NCBI GenBank assembly: GCA_965232515.1
Contig: CBDDPY010000002.1
Coordinates: forward strand, 5,952,001-6,016,000
DNA from: Alphaproteobacteria bacterium
GTDB taxonomy: Bacteria > Pseudomonadota > Alphaproteobacteria > GCA-2731375
Direction: 5' to 3'
Length of the DNA: 64,000 nt
Position 1 is the first letter of the stretch; every line of letters begins with the position of its first letter. Both the position numbers and the translations under genes were made by a program. This document shows positions 1 through 10,027 of the stretch, one piece after another. A model generated the notes under the pieces. That model had not been told where the DNA came from. It did not search any database and worked only from the letters and a program-made list of their open reading frames with translations.

Positions 1-377
1 TCGACCTGCGCATCGCGCCGGCGACGGAGTCGATGGACGCGATGATCGCCGGCGGCGAGAGCGGCAGCTTCGACATGGTGTTCATCGACGCCGACAAGCC
101 GGCGTATCCCGAATACTGGGAGCGCGGACTGACGCTGCTGCGGCCCGGCGGGCTGATCATCGCCGACAATACGCTGTTCCAGGGCACGGTCGGGCCGAGC
201 TTCGACGATGGGCGCCTGGCCGAGGTGTTCGGCAACCGGCCGCCCGAGGTGCGCGAGGAACTGATCGGCAACACGCACGCCGCCCGCGCCTTCAACGAAA
301 AGGTCCACCACGACGACCGTGTCGACCTGTCGCTGATCCCGGTCGGCGACGGCATGACCTTGGGCGTGAAGCGCTAG
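1..377 (+). CDS. Class I SAM-dependent O-methyltransferase (caffeoyl-CoA/catechol OMT-like), 5'-truncated by window edge
   Basis: FDMVFIDADK, LRPGGLIIADN and IPVGDGMTL motifs; the frame is open to the window start. Confidence 0.9.
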   Translation, partial: DLRIAPATESMDAMIAGGESGSFDMVFIDADKPAYPEYWERGLTLLRPGGLIIADNTLFQGTVGPSFDDGRLAEVFGNRPPEVREELIGNTHAARAFNEKVHHDDRVDLSLIPVGDGMTLGVKR

Positions 378-1276
378 GCCGTTTCGGTTTTCGCCGCGAG
401 TGCGGCGCGGGCGCGGATCGACGCCGTAGTTTCGCGGCTGCCGTCCGGGCTCCAGCCCGGCGGGCCGAAGGCGAAGCCGAAGCGGTTGCGCCAGCCGTCG
501 GCGTTCCGCAGGTCGCGCAGGATGCCGCGCCATTCGTTGAAGGCGATCGCGAACGGGTTCTGGCTGTCGATCTGGCGCACCAGGCCGTATTGGCAGGGCG
601 TGTCCGCGCGCTCCGCCGCGTAGCTGCCGAAAAGACGGTCGAAGACGATCAGCACACCGCCGTAGTTGCGGTCGAGATAGGCCGGGTTGGTGGCATGGTG
701 CACGCGATGGTGCGACGGCGTGTTGAGCAGCCATTCCAGCGGTCCGAGCCTCGGCACAAGCTCGGTATGCAGCCAGAACTGATAGAGCAGGTTGACGGCC
801 AGCATTGAGAACACGGCGACCGGATGGAAGCCGACGATCACAAGCGGCAGCCAGAACAGCCACTGGCCGGAAATCAGGTTCGTCCAGCCCAGCCGGTAGG
901 CGGCGGTCAGGTTCAGATGCTGCGGCGAGTGATGCACCGAATGGGTCGCCCAGAGCCAGCGGCATTCGTGGCTGAGGCGATGCATCCAGTAGTAGGCGAA
1001 CTCGACGGCGAGGAACAGCGTGGCGAGGCCCCACCAGCGATCGAGCGGCAAGGTGGCGATCCGATACTCCCAGGCCAGCAGATAGACCGGCGCCAGCAGC
1101 AGCGGCGCGGCGGCCTGCGTCAACCGGTTGCCGATGGCGATGCCGAGAGAGGCCGCGGCCTCGCGCCAGGGATAGGCCTGCCGCCGCACGCGCATCAGCC
1201 ATACGGCTTCCAGCGCCATCAGCAGCAACACCAGGGGCAGCGCAAAGTTGCGGATCGCTATCCCGGGATCGTCCAT
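374..1276 (-). CDS. Sterol desaturase / fatty-acid hydroxylase superfamily membrane enzyme (alkylglycerol monooxygenase-like)
   Basis: His boxes HRLSH, HSVHH, HTE and HHRVHH; NYGGVLIVFDRLFG; TM helices. Confidence 0.9.
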   Translation of the reverse strand: MDDPGIAIRNFALPLVLLLMALEAVWLMRVRRQAYPWREAAASLGIAIGNRLTQAAAPLLLAPVYLLAWEYRIATLPLDRWWGLATLFLAVEFAYYWMHRLSHECRWLWATHSVHHSPQHLNLTAAYRLGWTNLISGQWLFWLPLVIVGFHPVAVFSMLAVNLLYQFWLHTELVPRLGPLEWLLNTPSHHRVHHATNPAYLDRNYGGVLIVFDRLFGSYAAERADTPCQYGLVRQIDSQNPFAIAFNEWRGILRDLRNADGWRNRFGFAFGPPGWSPDGSRETTASIRARAALAAKTETA

Positions 1277-1395
1277 GAAAAAGCCGCTCCGGAGCAGACG
1301 CCACGCGGTGGGATTCAGAGCTTAAACGTCCGCACCGGCCGTTATCCGTCGCGACGGCGAAAAAAACACGAACGGCGGTCGGCGCCTTACCTGGG

Positions 1396-1668
1396 CTACA
1401 GCATCGGTGCGATGGCTTCCGAGGTTTCCTTGCTGGGCACGACGGGTATGAACTCGAACTCGATCAGATCCTGCCATGCCGCGGCCCATTGCTGCAGCAG
1501 GCGCGGATCGTCGCATTCCATGAGCTGAAAGCAGCGGTCGAAGTTGGCCTCGATCCAACTGCCGACATAGGTCAGGCCGTCGGGCGCCATGCGGCCCTGC
1601 TCGCGGAAGCGGCGGTAGACGGCCTTGGCGTCGCGGTTCTTGAAGCGTTCGATGGTCATGAACAGCAT
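1396..1668 (-). CDS. DUF3303-like small protein
   Basis: MLFMTIERF...GRMAPDGLTYVGSW...W.DL.EFE pattern; RBS AGGGAG before ATG at 1668. Confidence 0.75.
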   Translation of the reverse strand: MLFMTIERFKNRDAKAVYRRFREQGRMAPDGLTYVGSWIEANFDRCFQLMECDDPRLLQQWAAAWQDLIEFEFIPVVPSKETSEAIAPML

Positions 1669-1696
1669 GGGGGACTCCCTTTTCTTTGGATCGCGA

Positions 1697-2341
1697 TCAG
1701 TAGTCAAGGCGGCCGTAGAGCTCGTCGAACGGCCGCATGACATGGGCGCGGTAGGCCGGGCGCTCGGCGAGGCGGGCGTACCAGGCTTCGACATGCGGCA
1801 CGTCGGGCCGTTGCACGTCGATCTCGAAATAGCGGTAGAGCGTCGTGCCGGCCGGGATGTCGGCCATGGTGAAGGCGTCGCCGGCGAGAAAGGCGCGGGC
1901 CGCGAGATGGTCGTCGAGCAGCCGAAAATGCGTCGCGCAGCGGTCCATGCGCTGCTCGATCATCGGCCAGTTCCGCTTGTCCTCGGGCGTCCGGTAGAAG
2001 CCCCAGAAGAGATCCATGAAGTCGCGCTGCAATGTTGCGAGCGACCAGTCCATCCAACGGTCGGCACGCGATCGTTCGCCCGGATCCTGGGCCCAGAGCG
2101 TGCCGGCGCCGTAGCGGGCGGCGAGATAGCGCAGGATCGAATGCGATTCCCAGACGACGGCGCCGCCATCGTCGATCACCGGCACCCGGCCGTGCGGGTT
2201 CATGGCCCGGAAGGCTGGATCGTCGAGGCCGCCGAAGCTGCCGCCGGCATCGATGTGGTCGTGCGGCAGCGACAGCTCGTCAATAAGCCACAGCACCTTT
2301 TGCACGTTGAACGCGCTGCGGCGTCCCCAGACCGTCAGCAT
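1697..2341 (-). CDS. Glutathione S-transferase family protein
   Basis: WGRRSAFNVQKV, NPHGRVP, WESHSILRYL, FTMADIP; RBS GAAGGAGA. Confidence 0.92.
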   Translation of the reverse strand: MLTVWGRRSAFNVQKVLWLIDELSLPHDHIDAGGSFGGLDDPAFRAMNPHGRVPVIDDGGAVVWESHSILRYLAARYGAGTLWAQDPGERSRADRWMDWSLATLQRDFMDLFWGFYRTPEDKRNWPMIEQRMDRCATHFRLLDDHLAARAFLAGDAFTMADIPAGTTLYRYFEIDVQRPDVPHVEAWYARLAERPAYRAHVMRPFDELYGRLDY

Positions 2342-2433
2342 CGACCTTTCTCCTTCGGCAGCACGACGTGGTCGCATTCTTACCATGTCGGCACCCGATT
2401 AATCCGCTAGCCTTGGGGGCAGGAGGGTATGCG

Positions 2434-2733
2434 ATGCGTGCGTTGATGCTTGCGGCGGCCGTGACGCTGCTGCCGGTCCTGCCGGCCGCGGCGCAGATGG
2501 GCTGTTTGGAGCCGATCCGACCGAACGTGCCGGACGGCGACTTCGCCGCCGATTACGAGATGACGGCGACCGAGGAGGAGATGGAGCGCTACCTGCAGAG
2601 CGTCGACGACTACACGGCCTGCATGAAGCGCGAGATCGCCGCGCTGCGGCAGCAGATCGCCGAGACCCGGGCCGAAGCGAAGGTCACCGTGAACGAATGG
2701 AAGCGGGCGCTGAAGGCGTACAAGTCCCGTTGA
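2434..2733 (+). CDS. Small secreted hypothetical protein
   Basis: Signal peptide ending AAAQ, two Cys, helical C-terminus; RBS AGGAGG. Confidence 0.7.
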   Translation: MRALMLAAAVTLLPVLPAAAQMGCLEPIRPNVPDGDFAADYEMTATEEEMERYLQSVDDYTACMKREIAALRQQIAETRAEAKVTVNEWKRALKAYKSR

Positions 2734-2828
2734 CCTGCAAGCGATCAACATAGGGACAGTCCCCATTTTGGCGGCGCGATGGGCGATGCCGCGTGCATTC
2801 GTCAGGCGCGTGCGCCAATATTTGCGCC

Positions 2829-3530
2829 ATGACCGATATCCCGGCCGCGTTTCTGATGGCGCTGCAACTGATCGTCGCGTTCGATCCGCAACTCGCGGGA
2901 ATTGTCGGTCGGTCGCTCTATGTCAGCCTGAGCGCCGTCGTTATCGCCGCCGCGATCGGTCTGCCGCTGGGCGCGGCGATCGCCGTCTACCGCTTTCCCG
3001 GCCGCCGCGCCGTGATCGTGCTGCTGAACGGATTGATGGCCTTGCCGGCGGTGTTCATCGGCCTGACGGTCTATCTGCTGGTCTCGCGCGCCGGCCCGCT
3101 CGGTTTCCTCGGTATCCTGTTCACGCCGGCGGCGATGATCCTGGCGCAATGCCTGCTGATCACGCCGATCATCGCGGCGCTGTCGCACCAAGTGCTGCGC
3201 GCGTTGTACGAGGCCTACCGCGAGCAACTCTGCTCGCTGGGCGCCCGGCCGCGACAGATCGTCTGGACGCTGTTGTGGGACGCGCGCTACAGCCTGACGA
3301 CCGTGGTGATGGCGGGGTTCGGCCGCGCCGTCGCCGAGGTCGGCGCGGCCATCATTGTCGGCGGCAATATCGACCGCGTGACCCGGGTGATGACCACGAC
3401 CATCGCGCTGGAGACCAGCAAGGGTAATCTGGCGCTGGCGTTGGCGCTTGGTTTCGTGCTGGTCCTGGTCGCCGTCGGCGTGAACGCCTGCGCCTCGTTG
3501 TTGAGCAGCGCGACGGCGCCGCGCGGTTGA
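2829..3530 (+). CDS. tupB: Tungstate ABC transporter permease
   Basis: GPLGFLGILFTP.AMI, AGFGRAVAEVGAAIIVGGNI..TRVMTT motifs; operon with tupC and tupA. Confidence 0.88.
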   Translation: MTDIPAAFLMALQLIVAFDPQLAGIVGRSLYVSLSAVVIAAAIGLPLGAAIAVYRFPGRRAVIVLLNGLMALPAVFIGLTVYLLVSRAGPLGFLGILFTPAAMILAQCLLITPIIAALSHQVLRALYEAYREQLCSLGARPRQIVWTLLWDARYSLTTVVMAGFGRAVAEVGAAIIVGGNIDRVTRVMTTTIALETSKGNLALALALGFVLVLVAVGVNACASLLSSATAPRG

Positions 3531-3549
3531 GGGGAGACGTCGTCGGGCC

Positions 3550-4263
3550 GTGTCGATCCTGCCGCTCAGCCTGGATGGCGTTTCGCTTCGCTGGGACGGA
3601 CGGACCTTGATCGACGACGTGAGCCTGGCGATCCTGGCCGGCCCGAAAACCATGATCCTGGGCCCGAACGGCGCCGGCAAGAGCCTGCTGCTGCGGCTCT
3701 GCCACGGTCTGATCGGACCCACCGCGGGCAATATCCGCTGGAACGGCCCCGACGCGGCGGCGTCGCGGCGGCGCCAGGCCATGGTGTTCCAGAAGCCGGT
3801 CATGCTGCGCCGCTCGGTGCGGGCGAACATTGCCTACGGCTTGCGGCTGCAGGGACATCCGCAGGCGGTCAGAGCCGAGCGCGTTGCCCGGGTCCTGAAG
3901 CGTACCGGATTGACCGAGCTGGCCGAGCGGCCGGCGACCGTGCTGTCCGGCGGCGAGCAGCAGCGGCTGGCGCTGGCCCGTGCCTGGGCGCTCGAGCCCG
4001 ACGTCATGTTCCTGGACGAGCCGACGGCCAATCTCGATCCCGGCGCCACCGGCGCGGTCGAGGCGATCGTCGAGGAGATCCATCGCGGCGGCGCCAAGGT
4101 GGTCATGACCACGCATGATCTGGCGCAAGCCCGGCGTCTTGCCGACGAGATAATCTTCCTGCATCAGGGTCGTGTGGCCGAGCATGGACCGGCCGCCGAC
4201 TTCTTCGCCGGGCCGGCGAGCGAAGCGGCGGCGGCGTTTCTGGCCGGCCGGCTGTTTTGGTAG
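3550..4263 (+). CDS. tupC: Tungstate ABC transporter ATP-binding protein
   Basis: Walker A GPNGAGKS, LSGGEQQR, LDEPTANLDP; gene context. Confidence 0.85.
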   Translation: MSILPLSLDGVSLRWDGRTLIDDVSLAILAGPKTMILGPNGAGKSLLLRLCHGLIGPTAGNIRWNGPDAAASRRRQAMVFQKPVMLRRSVRANIAYGLRLQGHPQAVRAERVARVLKRTGLTELAERPATVLSGGEQQRLALARAWALEPDVMFLDEPTANLDPGATGAVEAIVEEIHRGGAKVVMTTHDLAQARRLADEIIFLHQGRVAEHGPAADFFAGPASEAAAAFLAGRLFW

Positions 4264-4274
4264 GAGAGGCCTTA

Positions 4275-5105
4275 ATGTTGCGATTTCCGATTGCTTTGTT
4301 GATCGGCGCGAGTTTTTGGCTGACGGCCGCGGTGTCGGCGGCTGACCGCTACATCACGCTGGCCTCGACCACGTCGACGGAGAATTCGGGGCTGTTCGCG
4401 CACCTGCTGCCACAGTTCGAAGCGGCGACCGGCGTTTCCGTGCGCGTCGTTGCCGTGGGTACGGGACAGGCGATCCGGTTGGCGCAGAATGGCGATGCCG
4501 ACGTACTGCTGGTGCATCACCGGCCATCGGAGGAGGCGTTTGTCGCCGCCGGCTTCGGCGTCGAGCGGCGCGACGTGATGTACAACGACTTCGTGCTGAT
4601 CGGACCCGCGGCCGACCCGGCCGGCATCCGCGGCATGGCGGACGCGGCGGCGGCGTTGGCCCGAATCGCGGCGGCCGGCGCGCCGTTTGCCTCGCGCGGC
4701 GACGACAGCGGCACGCACAAGGCGGAGCTGGCGCTGTGGGAAAAGGCAGATGTCGATCAGCGGGCCGCGAGCGGCACCTGGTATCGCGAGCTGGGCGCGG
4801 GCATGGGCGCGACGCTGAATACGGCGGCGGCCATGGGCGCGTACACGCTCGCGGACCGTGGCACCTGGATCAGCTTCGCCAACAAGGGCGATCTCGAGTT
4901 GCTGGTGGCGGGCGATCCGGTGCTGTTCAATCCCTATGGCGTGATCCTAGTGGACCCGTCGCGCCACGCCCATGTGAAGGCGGATGACGGTCAGGCCTTT
5001 ATCGACTGGCTGACCGGGACGGCGGGTCAGGCCGCCATCGCCGCCTTCACGCGCGACGGGCAGCCGCTGTTCTTTCCCAATGCCGGGACGCCGGCGACGC
5101 AGTAG
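4275..5105 (+). CDS. tupA: Tungstate ABC transporter substrate-binding protein
   Basis: Signal peptide; ASTTSTENSGL, GTGQA, SRGDDSGTH, NPYGVI motifs. Confidence 0.9.
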   Translation: MLRFPIALLIGASFWLTAAVSAADRYITLASTTSTENSGLFAHLLPQFEAATGVSVRVVAVGTGQAIRLAQNGDADVLLVHHRPSEEAFVAAGFGVERRDVMYNDFVLIGPAADPAGIRGMADAAAALARIAAAGAPFASRGDDSGTHKAELALWEKADVDQRAASGTWYRELGAGMGATLNTAAAMGAYTLADRGTWISFANKGDLELLVAGDPVLFNPYGVILVDPSRHAHVKADDGQAFIDWLTGTAGQAAIAAFTRDGQPLFFPNAGTPATQ

Positions 5106-5160
5106 TACGGCGGCGTCCGACCGTGCCATAGTGCGGCCGCGTCGCCACATGGGGGATGAC

Positions 5161-5826
5161 ATGACGGCCGACAACGTTCTTGAACTGCTGCTCCGAGAAC
5201 AACCGAAGTTTCATGGGGCCACGGCGGGCACCGTGAACTGGGCGCTCGGCACCGACGTGCTGCAATGGCTGGACGCCAACATCCAGCAGGACTGGGCGAC
5301 GCTGGAGACCGGCTGCGGTTATTCGACGATCGTGTTCGGTGCGCGCGCGAAATCGCACACCGCCGTCGCGCCGCGATCGGCGGAGCACGACCTGATCAAG
5401 GCTTGGCTGGAGTCGCACGGTATCGCCAACGGCCACATACGCTTCGAGGCCATGGGGTCGCAGCGCGCGCTGCCGAGGCTGATCGACGACGGCGAACTGA
5501 ACTGCGTGCTGATCGACGGCATGCACGGGTTCCCGATGCCGTTCATCGACTGGTACTACACCGCGAACCGGTTGGCCGTCGGCGGCGCGATGATCGTCGA
5601 CGACACGCAGCTCCGGCCGTGCGCCATGCTGCGCGATTTCCTGGCCAGCGAGAGCGGGCGCTGGGAACGGCTGCTGGATCTTGAACGGTCGACGATCTTC
5701 CGCCGGATCACGGCGGAGCCGGTGTCGGAGGGCGTGTCCTGGCGCGATCAGCCGAGCGCCCATCCGACCGTGGTTGACCGGGTGCAGCGCAAGCTGACCC
5801 GCTACAAGCGTCGCCTGATGGCGTGA
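5161..5826 (+). CDS. Class I SAM-dependent methyltransferase (Methyltransf_24-like)
   Basis: LETGCGYST, VLIDGMHGFP, GGAMIVDD; start could also be 5149. Confidence 0.75.
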   Translation: MTADNVLELLLREQPKFHGATAGTVNWALGTDVLQWLDANIQQDWATLETGCGYSTIVFGARAKSHTAVAPRSAEHDLIKAWLESHGIANGHIRFEAMGSQRALPRLIDDGELNCVLIDGMHGFPMPFIDWYYTANRLAVGGAMIVDDTQLRPCAMLRDFLASESGRWERLLDLERSTIFRRITAEPVSEGVSWRDQPSAHPTVVDRVQRKLTRYKRRLMA

Positions 5827-5833
5827 ACCGCCG

Positions 5834-6565
5834 TCAGGCGTAGCGGCGGCCCTGGTCGCGACGCCGGGCCCAGACGGCGAGCGCGGCGAAGGCGGCCGTG
5901 TAGCCGGCGAGCCAGAGCCAGCTGACAACCGGACCGGCAGTGCCCGCGACAGCGGCCCAGGCCAGCTCGCCGAAATGCCGGGTCGGCAGCCACATTGAAA
6001 CCTGCGCGGCGATGTCGGGCAGTTGCGACGGCGGCAGCCAGAGGCCGCCGGCGAAGGCGAGCGGCAGGAACAGCATGTTGGCGACCGGCACCGCCGCCTT
6101 GGCCGAGACGAGATAACCGAGCGCGATGCCGAACAGTGCGAACGGCACCGCGCCGGCGGCCAGCACAAGGCCGAGCCGGACGCGGGCGCCGAGATCCAGA
6201 TCGATCTCGGCCGCCTGGCCGGCGGTGGCCCAGAGGATCAACACGGCGGCAATGGCGAACAGGATGGCGACGACGATTTGCGCCGCGAGCGGCGGCAGGC
6301 TGCCGGCCGGCAGGATGCGCAAATAGGTATCCCAGGGGCTTTCCCGGTCCTGCGCCACACCGACGCCGAACTGATAAAAGGCGACGCCCAGCACGGCATA
6401 GACGCTCCACGACGCGAGCGCGAAGTTCGCCGCGTCCGGCGCGGCGACGCGGGCACCGAAGAACAGATAGAGCATGGTCGGAAACAGCAGTGTCGGCACC
6501 CAATAGGCCGGACTGCGGACGAGGCCGAGGAGCGTGACCCTGATATGCGCCGCGATCAGTCGCAT
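5834..6565 (-). CDS. ABC-2 type exporter permease
   Basis: Six TM helices, GGLWLP motif; start overlaps the ATPase stop. Confidence 0.85.
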   Translation of the reverse strand: MRLIAAHIRVTLLGLVRSPAYWVPTLLFPTMLYLFFGARVAAPDAANFALASWSVYAVLGVAFYQFGVGVAQDRESPWDTYLRILPAGSLPPLAAQIVVAILFAIAAVLILWATAGQAAEIDLDLGARVRLGLVLAAGAVPFALFGIALGYLVSAKAAVPVANMLFLPLAFAGGLWLPPSQLPDIAAQVSMWLPTRHFGELAWAAVAGTAGPVVSWLWLAGYTAAFAALAVWARRRDQGRRYA

Positions 6566-7443
6566 GCGTCCCTGCCGTGCAGGCGGATCGTCACGGCCTC
6601 CTCCAGGCTGACCGGTGCGATCTCGAGGTCTTGGAAATTGATCCCTCGCTCGACCAGCGCCCGCGCCGTGGCATCCGCGTCGCGGCACCAGAGCGTGTGT
6701 CGCTCGCCGTCGGTCTCCTGGCGCGCGACGCCGGGCAGATCGCCGGCGGACGCGCCGCGATAGCTGAGACGGCGGATCTCGACCGCGGCCTTGATCTCGG
6801 ACACGCTTCCGGCGGCCACCAACGCGCCACGGTCGATCAGCACGACGCGGCTGGCGAGCGCCTCTGCCTCCTCGAGATAGTGCGTGGTCAGGAAAAGCGT
6901 GCCGCCGTCGGCGGCATAGCGCGCGGCGATGCGCCAGAGCGCCTGCCGGGCCGCGGTGTCGAGGCCGGTGGTCGGCTCGTCCAGGAACACCGCGCGCGGA
7001 TTGCCGGCAAACGCCAGCGCCACGGCGACCCGTCGGCGCTGGCCGCCGCTCAGGCCGCCGAGCCGGCGGGCGGCGAGATCCGTCAGGCCGAAATCTTCGA
7101 GCAGGGCGTCGGCCGGGCGCGGTTCGGGATAGTGCCGGCGCACGAAGCCGATGAGCTCGGCGACGGTCAGGTTTTCCGGAAAACCGGTGTCCTGTGGCGT
7201 CGCGCCGATGCGGCGACGCGTGGCCGGTTGCCGCGGATCGGCGCCGAACAGCCGCACCCCGCCCCGGTCGGGCCGGCGCAGGCCGAGAAGGATGTCGATC
7301 GCCGTGGTCTTGCCGGCGCCGTTCGGCCCCAGCAGGGCAACGATCTCGCCCTCGGCGACGGCGAGGTCGAGGCCACGCAGCGCCGGCTGCGCGCCGAACG
7401 ACTTGTGGACGTCTTCAAGCTCGGCGACGGGTGAGGTTGGCAC
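6556..7443 (-). CDS. ABC exporter ATP-binding protein
   Basis: GPNGAGKTT, LSGGQRRR, LDEPTTGLD, TTHYLEE. Confidence 0.92.
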   Translation of the reverse strand: MPTSPVAELEDVHKSFGAQPALRGLDLAVAEGEIVALLGPNGAGKTTAIDILLGLRRPDRGGVRLFGADPRQPATRRRIGATPQDTGFPENLTVAELIGFVRRHYPEPRPADALLEDFGLTDLAARRLGGLSGGQRRRVAVALAFAGNPRAVFLDEPTTGLDTAARQALWRIAARYAADGGTLFLTTHYLEEAEALASRVVLIDRGALVAAGSVSEIKAAVEIRRLSYRGASAGDLPGVARQETDGERHTLWCRDADATARALVERGINFQDLEIAPVSLEEAVTIRLHGRDACD

Positions 7444-7446
7444 GCG

Positions 7447-8274
7447 TCAGGACAGCGGCCGGACGGCGAGGCTGATGTTGCCGCTGCCGGACGACTGGCC
7501 GTAGGCGCCGTAGGTCTCGCCGGCATAGGCCGTGCCGCCGGTGTCGTCGAGCGTGCCGAGCATTGTGGCGATCAGACGGCCGCCCATCTCGGCCTTGACC
7601 CTGGCAGCGTAGTCGGGGAAGCCGGCCTTGGCCTCGGCAATGCGGCCGTCGCTCAGCAGCGCGATGAACTCGCGGTCGGCGGCCATCTGGTCTTCCGGCG
7701 GCCATTTTTCGGGCCCGCGCAGAATGTCGTGCGCGAAGGCGCAGGAGGCGATGAAGACGACGCGGCGGCCGCTGGCGTTCGCGGTCTTGGCGACGAGGCC
7801 GCCGATCTCGACGCATTCGTCGAGGTCGGCCATCAGGCAGGTGCCCAGCGTCACCACCGGCAGCGTCTGCGCCGGATCGAGGTATTGCAGCGGCACGCAG
7901 GTGGCGTAGTCCCAGCGATAGCGCGGGTTGTCATTGCGGCCCGCCGGCCGGCCGGTGGCGGCGATGGCGTCGATCAGGGCGTCGGCGAAGTCGGGATCGC
8001 CCGGCCGGTCGTAGGCGATGCCGTCGAACATGTCGGGCGCCTCGTCGGCGATGCAGATGCCCTGGTGGCGGTCATGCCGCGTCGCGTACCAGGGGAAGGT
8101 GGTGACCCAATGCGCCGACATCAGCACCAAGAGATCCGGCTCGAGCGCGCGCAACGCCTCGCCCAGCGCGTAGCTGCCGGCGATGACGCCGCGCAGGAAC
8201 TCCGGCGCCTGCGCTTCGACCGCCATGCGCGGCGTGTGCGGCGTGACGACGCCGGCGATGATGCCGCCCGTCAT
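7447..8274 (-). CDS. LigB/HpaD-type (type II) extradiol ring-cleavage dioxygenase
   Basis: PHTPRM, SAHW, DYATCVPL, FAH motifs; ATG at 8274 with RBS GAGGAG. Confidence 0.8.
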   Translation of the reverse strand: MTGGIIAGVVTPHTPRMAVEAQAPEFLRGVIAGSYALGEALRALEPDLLVLMSAHWVTTFPWYATRHDRHQGICIADEAPDMFDGIAYDRPGDPDFADALIDAIAATGRPAGRNDNPRYRWDYATCVPLQYLDPAQTLPVVTLGTCLMADLDECVEIGGLVAKTANASGRRVVFIASCAFAHDILRGPEKWPPEDQMAADREFIALLSDGRIAEAKAGFPDYAARVKAEMGGRLIATMLGTLDDTGGTAYAGETYGAYGQSSGSGNISLAVRPLS

Positions 8275-8284
8275 GGCTGTCTCC

Positions 8285-9124
8285 TCAACTCCGCATCCAG
8301 GCCTGGCCCCAGAGGTTGAGCGTGTGCTCCTCGTGCGGCCATTCGCGGTGCGGCATCGATTGCGGCATGCGTTCGAGCTCGGCCGAGATCTCGACGCGGT
8401 TGCCGTCGGGGTCGCGCACCATGAAGAACAGGTTGTTGCCGGGGCCGTGCCGGCCCGGCCCCCACCAGAGCGGCACCCGCAGCGCGCCGAAATGATCGGC
8501 CCAATCGCGGATGTCCATCCAGCCGGTGGTCTCGAAGGCGACATGGTCGAAGCGCGCGGCGTCCGCCCGGAAGGCGGCATAGCTGTGATGCTCCTCGTCG
8601 GAGCGGAAAAAGCAGGCCGAGAGCGCGCCGTCGTCGAACACCTTGTCGGAGACGGCGTAGCCCAATTGGTCGGCGTAGAAGGCGCGGATGCGGTCGGGAT
8701 CCGTCGTGGCGAAGACGATGTGTTGCAGCCGACCGGGCAGGCCGCCGGCGGCGACCGGCTCTTCCGACGGCACGCCGAAGACCAGCGGCAGGCCGTCGGG
8801 ATCGCGGATGGCGAAGGCAGCGTTGCCGAACAACGGACTCGGACTGGCCTCGATCTCGATGTCCTGGGATTGCAAATGCCGTTGCAGCGCGTCGAGCCGG
8901 GCCGGGTCGTCGAGCGCGTAGGCGGCAAAGGGCACCGTCTCGCGCGGACCCTTGCCGATCAGAAAGCGGCGGCCGGCGCCGGAGAGCAGCCAGAGATCGT
9001 CGCCGCTTTTGCGCGCGGTCATGCCGAGGCCCTGGCAATAGAACTGCACGAGGTCGTCCGGCCGGTCGCTGTTCAGCCGGAAATGATGGAATTGCGCGGG
9101 CCAGAGTGGCGAGGACGCGGTCAC
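8285..9124 (-). CDS. Two-domain VOC (glyoxalase / type I extradiol dioxygenase-like) protein
   Basis: LQHIVF, EHHSYAAF, DHVAFE, GPGRHGPGNN, RDPDGNRVE. Confidence 0.85.
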   Translation of the reverse strand: MTASSPLWPAQFHHFRLNSDRPDDLVQFYCQGLGMTARKSGDDLWLLSGAGRRFLIGKGPRETVPFAAYALDDPARLDALQRHLQSQDIEIEASPSPLFGNAAFAIRDPDGLPLVFGVPSEEPVAAGGLPGRLQHIVFATTDPDRIRAFYADQLGYAVSDKVFDDGALSACFFRSDEEHHSYAAFRADAARFDHVAFETTGWMDIRDWADHFGALRVPLWWGPGRHGPGNNLFFMVRDPDGNRVEISAELERMPQSMPHREWPHEEHTLNLWGQAWMRS

Positions 9125-9209
9125 GGGTGTCGGCTCCCCTGTAGGCGGTGTTACGTGTTATGTGGCGTTGACGGAATTGTCCGGCAGGCGACAAGGGGTG
9201 TCAAACCGC

Positions 9210-9797
9210 GTGGCGCAGGATTGGGCCAGCTACTACGCCAAAACCGGCGCGCGGCCGCCGCGCGAGACGCTGCTGTTCGCGCTTGACCGGTTCGGCGAGG
9301 CTCAACCGGGATTTGCGATCGATCTCGGCTGCGGCAACGGCCGGGACACGATCGAGCTGCTGCGGCGCGGCTGGCGGGTGCTGGCCGTCGATGCCGAGCC
9401 GGCGGCGATCGACGGGCTGCGGGCGCGGCCGGACCTGCCGGCGGACGCGCGGCTGGAAACGAAAACCGCCCGGTTCGACGATGTCGCGCTGCCGCCGGCC
9501 GACCTGATCAATTCCAGCTTCGCGCTGCCGCTCTGTCCGCCGGACAAGTTCCGGGTGATGTGGGACCGCATTCGTGCGGCGTTGCGGTCGGGCGGACGGC
9601 TATCCTGCCAGTTGTACGGGCCGCGCGACAGTTGGGCCGGCGATCCGACGATCACGCACCTCTCGCGGGACGAGGTCGAGGCGCTGCTGGCCGGTTTCGA
9701 GGTCGAGCATTTCCGCGAGGAAGAAGACGATTCGACGACGCCGCGCGGCACGCCGAAGCACTGGCACATCTTCCATATCGTCGCCCGCAAGCCGTAA
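9210..9797 (+). CDS. Class I SAM-dependent methyltransferase (TehB-like)
   Basis: DLGCGNGRD, GWRVLAVD, KHWHIFHIVARK; start uncertain (GTG at 9198 or 9210). Confidence 0.8.
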   Translation: MAQDWASYYAKTGARPPRETLLFALDRFGEAQPGFAIDLGCGNGRDTIELLRRGWRVLAVDAEPAAIDGLRARPDLPADARLETKTARFDDVALPPADLINSSFALPLCPPDKFRVMWDRIRAALRSGGRLSCQLYGPRDSWAGDPTITHLSRDEVEALLAGFEVEHFREEEDDSTTPRGTPKHWHIFHIVARKP

Positions 9798-9826
9798 CGG
9801 CCGAGCCGGTCGCAAGGCTGTTTTTG

Positions 9827-9932
<106 letters not shown>

Positions 9933-10027
9933 ATCTGCCTTTGTTGTTTCGCGCCCATCTCCTTGCTAACGGCAATTTTGTCGCCATTTGAGGATCGCGC
10001 GGGCTGACCAACCGTGTTGCCCGAAAT

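Noticed and set aside
2752-2766. AGGGACAGTCCCC palindrome as a transposon or REP end
   Set aside because: Single short copy with no partner or transposase in the window.
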